Part shown: positions 9,329-18,466 of the stretch, one piece after another
How the letters are laid out: each line of letters starts with the position of its first letter
How positions within the stretch are numbered: the first letter of the stretch is position 1
Assembly: GCA_048884785.1 (NCBI GenBank)
Contig: JBHLQM010000011.1
Coordinates: 1-30,372, forward strand
DNA: 30,372 bases
Source: Candidatus Thorarchaeota archaeon
GTDB taxonomy: Archaea > Asgardarchaeota > Thorarchaeia > Thorarchaeales > Thorarchaeaceae
Direction: 5' to 3'
Notes under the pieces: model-generated
Databases searched by the model: none
The model's input: only the letters and a program-made list of their open reading frames with translations
Told to the model about the DNA's origin: nothing
Program-made: the position numbers and the translations under genes

Positions 9329-9619
9329 CTAGGGCCGCCAACCCATGCCTGTTGGTGGTGCTCGAATGACAGTATCTAGACCATATTCCATCAAAACTGG
9401 TTTGGCTCTCTCAGCGTCAATGAAATATAGTGGTTTTCTCATATCGCCAAGATTGGCCATCTTCTTGCAGAGCTTGTTTTCAGTCAATGTCCCTAAAGCC
9501 AAAGTAACGGTTCTTGGTGACAACTCCACTCTCTCGCAAATCTCATGCGGACTAATCGGACCATGTGCCGCAATGATTTGCAGCACCGTTAAAACTCCGG
9601 CTGAGAACTGCTGCGCCAA
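9329..9619 (-). CDS. Small winged helix-turn-helix protein (MarR/ArsR/TrmB-like)
   Basis: VLQIIAAHGPISPHEICERVELSPRTVTLALGTLTENKLC...DMRKPLY fits the wHTH pattern. TTG start with GAGG upstream. Confidence 0.75.
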   Translation of the reverse strand: MAQQFSAGVLTVLQIIAAHGPISPHEICERVELSPRTVTLALGTLTENKLCKKMANLGDMRKPLYFIDAERAKPVLMEYGLDTVIRAPPTGMGWRP

Positions 9620-9883
9620 GATACCGTGACCTCTCTTCCCTCTATACTCGGGAATATGTATAGTAAAGTCTTTCCAATCGTGTAATGTTGATGCAGGCTA
9701 TTACTTTCCTTTGTGTATTTGGATACACATAGCTGCAGTTATTCGAATTACCTCACTATTGTTACGGTTTTTCTATTCAATCACGAGTCATAGGGCACAA
9801 TTACATTGCGGCATATGCTCATTATTATACGCAACCTGATGATAAGTATTTGATTGGGAAAGTTAACTTTCAAGAAATGTAGA

Positions 9884-9901
9884 GGGGTCTGAAAAGACCC
9901 C
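9884..9901 (-). terminator. Hairpin 16 nt downstream of nuoN, likely the operon 3' end
   Basis: GGGGTCT-gaaa-AGACCCC perfect 7-bp stem. Confidence 0.55.
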
Positions 9902-9917
9902 CAAAAGAATACATTCG

Positions 9918-11417
9918 CTACGGCACAAGTACTGCCGCTGCAGAATTTGCCAAGTCAAGAATTACTCCAGGATAAAGGAATAACACTATCATGCTGATCA
10001 CACAGATTAGTGCGGCAATCATCGGAATCCTTGGTAATGTTATTCTTTCTGTCGATGTAGACTCTGAGAAATACATCACTCTGAGCACTCGCAGGTAGTA
10101 ACCGAGTGAGAATACCACATTCAGGAATCCAATAAGACCCAGCCACCATAGACCGACTTCAGCTGTACTCATGAAGACCATGAATTTGGGAGTAAATCCA
10201 GCGGTTGGAGGGAACCCAGCAAGTGAGAGCATTAGGATACCCAACATAGCGGCGATGATAGGAGACCTCTGACTCAGACCGGATAATTCAGTATATGTGA
10301 TTCGCTTACCCAATGCTATAGACATGGCAAAGATAATGATGAATGCTCCTGCCTTCATTAAGGCATGAATAAATGCGAGGAAGAATGCGGACGATATACC
10401 ATAAGTTGTACTCACCGCAAAGCCAATGAAGACATACCCCATCATAGCAATGCTGCTAAAGGCCAACATTCTGAGAATATCCTTCTGAGCCAAAGCTAGG
10501 AAATTGCCAATTACCATCGTAAGAATAGAAACGACAATGATTAGTCCCAGCCATTCGAAGCGAGCTATGATGAATCCAACCATTAGAATTCGCACCAGCG
10601 CACTGATGCCAGTCTTCTTTGTGGCTCCAGCAAGGTATGCAGTAACACTTCCATCAGCAGTAGCATATGCATCAGGAACCCACATCCAGCCCGGAAATAT
10701 TCCAACCTTGAATCCAAAAGCAATTACAAACAATACCATTGCCAAAAGCAATGTGTATGCTTCTGTAGCAAGAGAAATGGGATCTGCCCAAACTTCTTCT
10801 ATACCTGATGCAACGGCTGAGAGTGCCGTCACACCGGTTATACCATAGACAAGTGCGATACCAAAAATCATGAACATGGTTGATATGAGACCCATGACAA
10901 AATACTTTGTTGCTCCATCAAGAGCTCCTCTATCAGGACTTAATGCAACCAAGATGTAGGTTGGCGTACTCATCAATTCCCAAGCCAAGAAAAGGGCCAC
11001 AAGATCAGTTGCCATTACAACCCACAAGGCTCCTGCAAACGAAATCATGAGCAGAAAATTGTAAGGTCCTTTATCCCCGCCATACTGGGTTGCGGATAGG
11101 AGAACCAAGAATGCAACCACTAATATCAAGTAAATGAAGAAGTCTGCGAATGCATCACGTATGAACAGTCCCCCAAACGAAGAACCATACAAATTGGGAT
11201 TGAGAATCATAACTTCGATGAAGGTGATTATTATCCCAATGATGCTAACTGGTAGTGGGTTGAATCGCATACCAACGACCAGTGCTATGATTGCAAACGC
11301 AATTAGTGTGAGAACTGGCAGCGACCCATACCAAGACTCGGGAAAGAGTAGCAAGAGGTCTCTCAAAGGAGTCATTAACGCCATAAATGCGTTGTATATT
11401 GCATCGAGCTGAAGCAC
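9918..11417 (-). CDS. nuoN: Complex I-like antiporter subunit N
   Basis: AWELMS, ATKYFVMG, GFKVGIFP..MWVPDAY, LRMLAFSSI, LSLAGFPPTAGFTPKF, YYLRV. GTG start overlaps the nuoM TAG. Confidence 0.9.
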   Translation of the reverse strand: MLQLDAIYNAFMALMTPLRDLLLLFPESWYGSLPVLTLIAFAIIALVVGMRFNPLPVSIIGIIITFIEVMILNPNLYGSSFGGLFIRDAFADFFIYLILVVAFLVLLSATQYGGDKGPYNFLLMISFAGALWVVMATDLVALFLAWELMSTPTYILVALSPDRGALDGATKYFVMGLISTMFMIFGIALVYGITGVTALSAVASGIEEVWADPISLATEAYTLLLAMVLFVIAFGFKVGIFPGWMWVPDAYATADGSVTAYLAGATKKTGISALVRILMVGFIIARFEWLGLIIVVSILTMVIGNFLALAQKDILRMLAFSSIAMMGYVFIGFAVSTTYGISSAFFLAFIHALMKAGAFIIIFAMSIALGKRITYTELSGLSQRSPIIAAMLGILMLSLAGFPPTAGFTPKFMVFMSTAEVGLWWLGLIGFLNVVFSLGYYLRVLRVMYFSESTSTERITLPRIPMIAALICVISMIVLFLYPGVILDLANSAAAVLVP

Positions 11418-12979
11418 TAGACCACACCTCCAATAATGAAAACAACAACTTTCATGACCAAATCCAAAATAAGGTCAGGCCAGATGCCTAGGAGTAGAAC
11501 TGGTATCATCATGAGGATTGGTGCGACTAGATCACTCCATGGTGCCTCTTGAACCTCTTTCTCAGGATCAGGGTCACTGAATACTATTCTGTTTAGAGTC
11601 CACAGCAAATAGCCAACTGTAAGGAATATTCCAAGCCCAATCAAACCCGTCCAGATATATCCCTCCACAGATACAGCACCGAATAATGTCAGTGCCTCTG
11701 CAATGAATCCGCTGAATCCAGGAAGTCCAAAGGCAGCGAGAGATGCAAGGATGAAGACTGCTGACATCTTTGGTGCCTTTGACATTAGCCCTTGTATCTG
11801 CGGAATCTCACGCGTGCCAGCAGCATATTTCAGCTGTCCGGCCATAAGGAACATCACAGATATGATGGTTCCATGGCTGAACATCATGAATATGGCACCA
11901 TTTAGTGCAAGACCAGCTGCAGCCTTAACAGCTGCACTCGTACTACCGATACCAACTGCACCAATGGCAACACCCAGCAGGACCCACGACATATGGTTGA
12001 TTGAAGTATATGCTACCATGCTCTTCATATCAGTCTGGGCCATCGCAGTGAAGGCCGCATAGACACATGTGAATACTGCTAATGCTGCGAAGGGGATTGC
12101 AAGTCGGACAAAACCATCAGGGACCATCCACAGACCTAATCTGATGAATGCATAGCCACCCATCTTCAGAAGTATTCCCGCCAAAATGACTGAACCAGGA
12201 GTTGGAGCTTTGACATGAGCCCACGGCAACCAATTGTGTAGTGGGAATACTGGTAGCTTTACACCAGCGCCCATAAAGACTGCGAGAGCGAAACCAATCT
12301 GAACATCAACAGGGAGTCCCATTGCTCTGAGTTCAACCATATTGAAAGTTGGAGTCGGAGCAAGGAAGAATAGAACAAAGAACGAGATTGCCATGACGGC
12401 GGAACCTAGATGCGTGTAGATGACAAACTTCATTGCTGCATGCTCACAGCCCTGCTCCCCATACCTTCCGACGATGAAGAACATCGGGATGAGTACAAGT
12501 TCCCAGAATACAAAGAATCCGAATAGGTCAATTGACATGAAGACTCCCAGAAGGCCTGTCTGCATAAACAGGAACAGAGAGTAATACATGCTTTGGGCTT
12601 TCTTGATATGATTGGAGCTTATCGCTGCTATGAAGACAACTAGATTGGATAGAACAATCATCACTACAGAGAGACCATCAATTCCTACAAGGAGCTGAAG
12701 AACCGGTGAATCAGCTGCAGTACCAAGCACTGCGATAATGAAACTCCATCCATATGTTCCACCAGTTGGATCAGTTAGTTGATAATTGGGATCAATCGCC
12801 CCTGCAAGCAATAGTGATAGGACTAGCTCAATGAATCCTATAACCAATGTCAGCCAGCGGGCTCCTCTCCCTCCGGCGACAAGAGCAAGAAATGCTCCAA
12901 TGACTGGAAGTAGAAGCATGAATGGCAGGATTCCAAAGGGAATCATCGAGATAAGGGATTGAGCAAATTCAAGCTGCAT
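11417..12979 (-). CDS. nuoM: Complex I-like antiporter subunit M
   Basis: GIDGLS, FWELVLIPMF, VKLPVFPLHNWLPWAHVKAPTPGSVILAGILLKMGGY, GLPGFSGFIAE. Confidence 0.92.
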   Translation of the reverse strand: MQLEFAQSLISMIPFGILPFMLLLPVIGAFLALVAGGRGARWLTLVIGFIELVLSLLLAGAIDPNYQLTDPTGGTYGWSFIIAVLGTAADSPVLQLLVGIDGLSVVMIVLSNLVVFIAAISSNHIKKAQSMYYSLFLFMQTGLLGVFMSIDLFGFFVFWELVLIPMFFIVGRYGEQGCEHAAMKFVIYTHLGSAVMAISFFVLFFLAPTPTFNMVELRAMGLPVDVQIGFALAVFMGAGVKLPVFPLHNWLPWAHVKAPTPGSVILAGILLKMGGYAFIRLGLWMVPDGFVRLAIPFAALAVFTCVYAAFTAMAQTDMKSMVAYTSINHMSWVLLGVAIGAVGIGSTSAAVKAAAGLALNGAIFMMFSHGTIISVMFLMAGQLKYAAGTREIPQIQGLMSKAPKMSAVFILASLAAFGLPGFSGFIAEALTLFGAVSVEGYIWTGLIGLGIFLTVGYLLWTLNRIVFSDPDPEKEVQEAPWSDLVAPILMMIPVLLLGIWPDLILDLVMKVVVFIIGGVV

Positions 12980-12980
12980 C

Positions 12981-15332
12981 TTAGATTACCCCCATAGTGA
13001 TGAGAATGACAAGAATCATAATTCCGAATCCAAACATAATCACAGAAACATAGTCATTCACACGGCCTGTTTGCATTGCCTGTCCGCTCTCAGATGCACC
13101 AACACTACGTGTTGATACTCCCTCTGCGAAGCCATCTACCACATTGTCATCAAACCAACGGATTCTCCTGGAGAGTTCTTTGGCAGTATCTGCAGACTTG
13201 AAATCTATTCCATCAATGATATTGTTGTCAACTCTGACACGATACCACTCTGCAAACTTTAGGAACTTGTTCAGTACCCAATAGTAGAACTCATTGATGT
13301 ACCAGCGATGCTTAAGGAAGTTGTAGATTCTCCTCTTGAAGCCACTTTCAGGAATGATTGCATTTGGCTTGTCCCCACGCTTGATGTAGATGAGATAGCC
13401 TGGAATTCCACCAACTGCAAGTGCGAGCAGTGTAATAGTGAAGGGTACAATTCCCAGCTCACTGAATTTGACTGCAATCATCTCAGTGAGGATTTCAGTC
13501 CATGTGTGCTCTGAACCAATGGCAAGCATCTCCACATAGGGGAATACTAGAAACGCAATCAGTGTGAATGCTGCCAGAAGGTATAGAGGAATCATCATGG
13601 CAGGACCAGGATCATGCGGGTCACTGTGGTGTTCTTCTGAAGTGCGCTCTTCGTGGTGCTCGTCAGAGTCCACAAGATGATTATCCACGGTAGTGTCATG
13701 TTCTTCATGATGTCCAGAATCATGACTATCATGATTACCGTGACCGGCCTTGCCGGGGCCGTAGAAGGTTAATCCCATTAATCTAAAGCTGTAGAATATT
13801 GTGCATGCGGCTGCAATTATAGCAAACAAAAATACAAGCCAGCCAACAGACGCTATTAGAATTCCACCATGAGATACTATCTCTCCCTCGACAATCATCA
13901 ACTCATATGCATACTCGATGATTGAGTCTTTTGACCAGAAGCCTGAGAACGGAGGAATTCCGGCTAGAGCCAAGACACCAATCCACATCACTATGAAGGT
14001 CTTTCGCATGTGTTTCCTGAGGCCACCCATCTTTGAGATATACTTCGTATGAACTGCATGAATTACTCCTCCTGAGGCAAGGAATAGTAGTGCCTTGAAT
14101 GCACCATGGGATATCACATGCAGCACACTTGCAAGATAGGCGGATTCATACGCAATATGAGTGGTTAATCCAAGGTCGTGAGCATAAAGACCGTAGAATG
14201 CGAGGAGTCCAGCGGCCCCCAGTCCAAGCATCATGTAGCCGAGCTGGCTGAGTGTCGAAAACGCCAGTATTTGTTTGAGCTCGTTTGAGGTTATACCCAT
14301 TGTTGCTGTCATGAGGGCGGTGACCGCACCTATGACCGCAACAACAATGAAGAAGAATGTAATAGCGTCAGCACCTGAAACCTGTAACAAGTTGAACGCG
14401 TGTTCCCCACCATTGTGATCTCCAGCAGCCGCTGCCTGCGCATCAACCATTGTGAGCAGGAATCGTGCTGTGATGTAGATGCCAGCCTTTACCATAGTAG
14501 CTGCGTGAATTAGTGCGGAAACTGAGGTCGGGCCTGCCATTGCCTCTGGCAGCCACACCTGTAGCGGTGCCTGTCCAGATTTACCAATGGCACCCATGAA
14601 GATCAGAAGGAATGTTGGAATCAGCATTCCAAGTCCAGCCATGGTAGTCCACCACTGCTGGTAGTTCTCTGCCATAAGGCTGAAGGAGAATGTGCCAGTG
14701 AAGGCAAATAATAGAAGGATACCTCCAAGCATGAAAGCATCGCCAATTCGTGTGACTATGAATGCCTTAGTTCCACAATGAGAGTTGTATTGACCTTCGG
14801 TCGTGAATTGAAGTAGAGGATTCTCGTATTCAACCTCGCCAGGTGCAGTCTCAGGTGGATTCCGCTTGTCGTTCCAGAAGCCAATAAGACCGTAGGAGCA
14901 GAAGCCCATAATCTCCCAGCCAATGAACGCAATCAGCAAGTTGTTGCTTAGGACCAGTGTAAGCATTCCACCACCGAAGGCCAGCATCAGGAAGAAGAAC
15001 CTGTCGCGGTCGCCCTCATGTGCCATATACTCTGTGCTGTACACGTAGATTAAGAAACACAACGTGCTTGCGAGTACAGCCATGATAACTGAGAGTGGGT
15101 CAAGGAGGACCTCGAAGCTAATACCCAGGTAGTCAATCCATACCCACGAAGTCGTACCAACTGGATTATCCACTTCCAGAAGAAGGGACCAACAAAGAAC
15201 CATTGCGATACCCATCATGATTGCAGGAGTCCAGTCTCGGAGTTTCTCACTGAACCTACCAACAATAGGCACTAGCAGAGCTCCAGCCAATGGGATTACA
15301 AGGATTAGGTAGTAGGGTAGTCCGAACAGCAT
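12981..15332 (-). CDS. nuoL: Complex I-like antiporter subunit L, long form (783 aa) with His-rich loop and extended lateral helix
   Basis: GWEIMGFCSYGLIGFW, KAFIVTRIGD, GKSGQAPLQVWLPEAMAGPTSVSALIHAATMV, HGAFKALLFL, GFWSKD, QTGRVNDY. Confidence 0.93.
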   Translation of the reverse strand: MLFGLPYYLILVIPLAGALLVPIVGRFSEKLRDWTPAIMMGIAMVLCWSLLLEVDNPVGTTSWVWIDYLGISFEVLLDPLSVIMAVLASTLCFLIYVYSTEYMAHEGDRDRFFFLMLAFGGGMLTLVLSNNLLIAFIGWEIMGFCSYGLIGFWNDKRNPPETAPGEVEYENPLLQFTTEGQYNSHCGTKAFIVTRIGDAFMLGGILLLFAFTGTFSFSLMAENYQQWWTTMAGLGMLIPTFLLIFMGAIGKSGQAPLQVWLPEAMAGPTSVSALIHAATMVKAGIYITARFLLTMVDAQAAAAGDHNGGEHAFNLLQVSGADAITFFFIVVAVIGAVTALMTATMGITSNELKQILAFSTLSQLGYMMLGLGAAGLLAFYGLYAHDLGLTTHIAYESAYLASVLHVISHGAFKALLFLASGGVIHAVHTKYISKMGGLRKHMRKTFIVMWIGVLALAGIPPFSGFWSKDSIIEYAYELMIVEGEIVSHGGILIASVGWLVFLFAIIAAACTIFYSFRLMGLTFYGPGKAGHGNHDSHDSGHHEEHDTTVDNHLVDSDEHHEERTSEEHHSDPHDPGPAMMIPLYLLAAFTLIAFLVFPYVEMLAIGSEHTWTEILTEMIAVKFSELGIVPFTITLLALAVGGIPGYLIYIKRGDKPNAIIPESGFKRRIYNFLKHRWYINEFYYWVLNKFLKFAEWYRVRVDNNIIDGIDFKSADTAKELSRRIRWFDDNVVDGFAEGVSTRSVGASESGQAMQTGRVNDYVSVIMFGFGIMILVILITMGVI

Positions 15333-15343
15333 TTTTGATCACC

Positions 15344-16891
15344 TCATGGAATGGGAATCAGATCTTTGAAGGGAATCAAGTTCGGTATTGCGTCCACTGC
15401 GGGCACTATGATATCAAGCGCTATTCCTGGGAATATTCCAAAGAACACGATGAGGAACCCGAGAATTATCATTGGGATTGTCATTGATCTCGGCCCTTCT
15501 GTCACTCCATCGAGTTCTTGGGGATGTGGTCCTAGAAACACTTTCCAGAAGAAGCGCAGCATATATCCTGCACTCATTATGGTGCTGGATACTGCAAGTA
15601 CAGAAAGTATCAGGAAGTTCATGAACACGGTTTCTGAACCTGGAGGCGCAGCTGCATGGAATCCACCAAGGAACATCATCCACTCGCTCGCAAACCCAGA
15701 AAGCGGGGGGCTACCAGCAATGCTCATCATACCTATCGCTGCCATGAAGGCAGTAATGGGCATCTTGTTTGAGAGACCACCAAGCTCGTCAATATTCCGT
15801 ATATGTGTCTGATGCATAACCGTCCCGGCAGTCATGAACAACAGACCTTTGGAGAATGCATGATTGATAAGATGGAAGAGACCACCTGATACGCCATAAA
15901 CAGTGAAGACTCCTAGGGCAAACAGGACATAGCCCATCTGAGACACAGACGAGTATGCTAAGAGACGTTTGATATCTTTCTGAACAAGTGCCATGAAACC
16001 TCCATAAAACATGGTTATGACACCAATGGTTGCAATCCAGAAAGATAGGCTGGCTGCTGCAGGTCCAAGTGTGATTGTCCCAAACCGGACAAGTGCATAC
16101 GCTCCGGTTTCAATCATTGCACCTGATAGCAGAACTGAGATGGGGGTTGGAGCTTCAGCATGAACTGGAGGAAGCCACCAATGAATCGGGAATACTGCCA
16201 TCTTGACCAGAAATCCTGCGGCAAGAAGAATGAAGATTAACTTCAGAAGATCAGTGGCACCAACATATGTTGACAAGAGAAGCTGTATTGTAGCAAGGTC
16301 AAATGTGCTTGCCCCGCTCAGGAAGTAGAGAAGTCCGAAGCCTATCAGAATACAGACTGCTCCGCTCTGAGTATATAGCCAGAATTTCAAAGCAGTGCGC
16401 TTTCGTGATTCAGGCAGTCCCCAAAGTAGGATGAGGAAATACGAAGGCACAAGCATGAGTTCCCAGGCGATGAAGAACTCAATCATATTTGTGGCCAATG
16501 TGACCCATTGCATACCCATTAGAAAGAACAGTTGATTCGCAAAGAAGGCAGGTTTACTGTGTTCGTGTGAGGTGTAGCCAACTGCGTAGACAACAGAGAG
16601 AAAGCCAAGCACGACAACTGCAAATGTGATCGGAAATGCAATGCCATCAAGATATAACCCGAATGCGCCAAGTAGAGAAGACCAAGTCATTCCTTCATAC
16701 GCTGGTCCACCCTCAACCATAATTCGGAAGAAGGGTGGAATCATTAGGATTACTGAAACACCTGAAAAGGCAACAGCAATCTTTCCAGCACGGTCTCCAA
16801 TTCTATTTTTGAACAGGTAAATTAGAAGGCCACCAACGAAGAGGACAATAAGTGAGAGGGCCATAAATGGCGGTTCGAATGTTGCCTGCAT
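15344..16891 (-). CDS. nuoM: Second NuoM/MrpD-like antiporter subunit (extra 'M2')
   Basis: AWELMLVPSYFLI, VKMAVFPIHWWLPPVHAEAPTPISVLLSG, DIKRLLAYSSVSQMGY, GFASEW (TM12 Glu as in NuoM). No lateral helix. Confidence 0.85.
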   Translation of the reverse strand: MQATFEPPFMALSLIVLFVGGLLIYLFKNRIGDRAGKIAVAFSGVSVILMIPPFFRIMVEGGPAYEGMTWSSLLGAFGLYLDGIAFPITFAVVVLGFLSVVYAVGYTSHEHSKPAFFANQLFFLMGMQWVTLATNMIEFFIAWELMLVPSYFLILLWGLPESRKRTALKFWLYTQSGAVCILIGFGLLYFLSGASTFDLATIQLLLSTYVGATDLLKLIFILLAAGFLVKMAVFPIHWWLPPVHAEAPTPISVLLSGAMIETGAYALVRFGTITLGPAAASLSFWIATIGVITMFYGGFMALVQKDIKRLLAYSSVSQMGYVLFALGVFTVYGVSGGLFHLINHAFSKGLLFMTAGTVMHQTHIRNIDELGGLSNKMPITAFMAAIGMMSIAGSPPLSGFASEWMMFLGGFHAAAPPGSETVFMNFLILSVLAVSSTIMSAGYMLRFFWKVFLGPHPQELDGVTEGPRSMTIPMIILGFLIVFFGIFPGIALDIIVPAVDAIPNLIPFKDLIPIP

Positions 16892-17323
16892 TTACCTGAA
16901 CCTCCTTCCTCGCCATTCCAATGGCTCTCTGTCCAGGTTCTCAATCTTATCAGGACCAAATAGCAGATCTTCGCGCTCTCCTTCAGAGAGGTCAACAATA
17001 GGAGTGTGGAATAGAGCATCGAACCTGCAGGCATCAACGCAGAGTCCGCAGAAGATACAGCGTGTATAATCGAAATACAATGCTGCGTCTTTCTCGTACA
17101 TCTTATCCTCCTTATCAATTCGAATTGCCACAACTGGGCATGCACGGACGCACTGAGCGCACGCAGTGCAGGCATGACGCACATGTATGTGTCTTCCGCG
17201 AGTTCTCTCAGGATAGTATCTATCCTCAAATGGAAAGAGATTCGTGACAGGTCGCTTGAAGATCTGTCTAAAGACATGTCTAAGTACCTTGAAGATATCG
17301 CCTAGATTTCCAAAGAATCCCAT
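16892..17323 (-). CDS. nuoI: Complex I subunit I, 2x[4Fe-4S]
   Basis: PVT..P.E....ERTRGRH, CTACAQCVRACP, CIFCGLCVDACR. Confidence 0.92.
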   Translation of the reverse strand: MGFFGNLGDIFKVLRHVFRQIFKRPVTNLFPFEDRYYPERTRGRHIHVRHACTACAQCVRACPVVAIRIDKEDKMYEKDAALYFDYTRCIFCGLCVDACRFDALFHTPIVDLSEGEREDLLFGPDKIENLDREPLEWRGRRFR

Positions 17324-17327
17324 CTCA

Positions 17328-18452
17328 TTAACCTCCTATAACAAAGCCTGCTAATCCTGGCACGTAGACTATTGCAAACATAGCCAGAAGGACATTCAAC
17401 ATTGATAATGGAAGGAGATACTTCCAACAGAAGTATACAATCTGATCTTGCCTGAGCCTGTGGAATGATGAACTTACAAACACAAACAAGAATAGAACAA
17501 TCAGGAACTTGATGAGGAAATTGACAACACCGGGCAAAAATGGAATTCCATTGAATCCGCCCAAGAAGAATGTGACAATAAGAGCTGAGTAAAGCATCTG
17601 CTCCGCAAACTCAGCGAAATATGTCAAAGTGAAATAGATACCGGAAAATTCTGTTCTCCACCCAAAGATGATCTCTGAGTCAGCAACCGGTGCATCAAAT
17701 GGAAATGTGCCAACAGATGCAATTGCTGCAGCAAGGAATGTTACGCAGTTGATTGGAAGCAGAACGATATACCAAATTGCACTCTGGGCTTGTGTAATAG
17801 CCATTACACTCAATGATCCAGCCAGCATTGCAGGTCCAACTGAAGAGATAATCATGGGAATCTCAGCGGCGAACTGATTGTTGGCTGCTCTGAAGCCTCC
17901 GATGAGAGAATACTTCGAACCGCTAATCCAACCCGAAAGCAGAGCAATCACAGGGACCGCAGTAAGAAACGCGAAAATCAATACAAGACTCACAGAGAGA
18001 TCAGCAATGACCCACGTTGTATCCCAGGGAATAAATGCAAAGGGTAACAATACAATTACCAGCAATAGCGATGGCAAAAACCTGTACATCCATCGGCTTG
18101 CGTTTCGAGGGATAATTGTTTCCTTCGCCACTAGTTTGATTGCGTCAGCGAAGAGCTGCAAACCACCATACTTGCCCAAATGGAATGGACCGCGTCGCAT
18201 CTGAATACGGCCCCATAACTTTCTTGTCGCCCACACAAAGAAGATGAGCGTCATAACAATGAATATGAGACCTGGGAAGAGCACTGTCTTAAATAGAAAC
18301 CAGAAGTTTTGAACTACAAGAAGCCAAATGAAATCAACGACACTTTCTATCCAGAGTACCACCTGATGAAGGAAGTTCCAAATTATTGCAATTATGTTCC
18401 ATATCCACTGAGGAATTCCTGCAAGCCATTCAAAGAAATCAAACTGCAACAT
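17328..18452 (-). CDS. nuoH: Complex I subunit H, with Trp-rich N-terminal extension
   Basis: RKLWGRIQMRRGP, GLQLFADAIKLVAKE, SKYSLIGGFRA, PFDAPVADSEI..G..TEFSG, RLRQDQ. Start reassigned to ATG 18452 (GGAGGTGG upstream; avoids the overlap with nuoD). Confidence 0.92.
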   Translation of the reverse strand: MLQFDFFEWLAGIPQWIWNIIAIIWNFLHQVVLWIESVVDFIWLLVVQNFWFLFKTVLFPGLIFIVMTLIFFVWATRKLWGRIQMRRGPFHLGKYGGLQLFADAIKLVAKETIIPRNASRWMYRFLPSLLLVIVLLPFAFIPWDTTWVIADLSVSLVLIFAFLTAVPVIALLSGWISGSKYSLIGGFRAANNQFAAEIPMIISSVGPAMLAGSLSVMAITQAQSAIWYIVLLPINCVTFLAAAIASVGTFPFDAPVADSEIIFGWRTEFSGIYFTLTYFAEFAEQMLYSALIVTFFLGGFNGIPFLPGVVNFLIKFLIVLFLFVFVSSSFHRLRQDQIVYFCWKYLLPLSMLNVLLAMFAIVYVPGLAGFVIGG

Positions 18453-18466
18453 TATTCCACCTCCCA

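Noticed and set aside
9329-9619. wHTH protein as regulator or member of the nuo operon
   Set aside because: It is separated by ~300 nt and a terminator-like hairpin, and no operator evidence was found.
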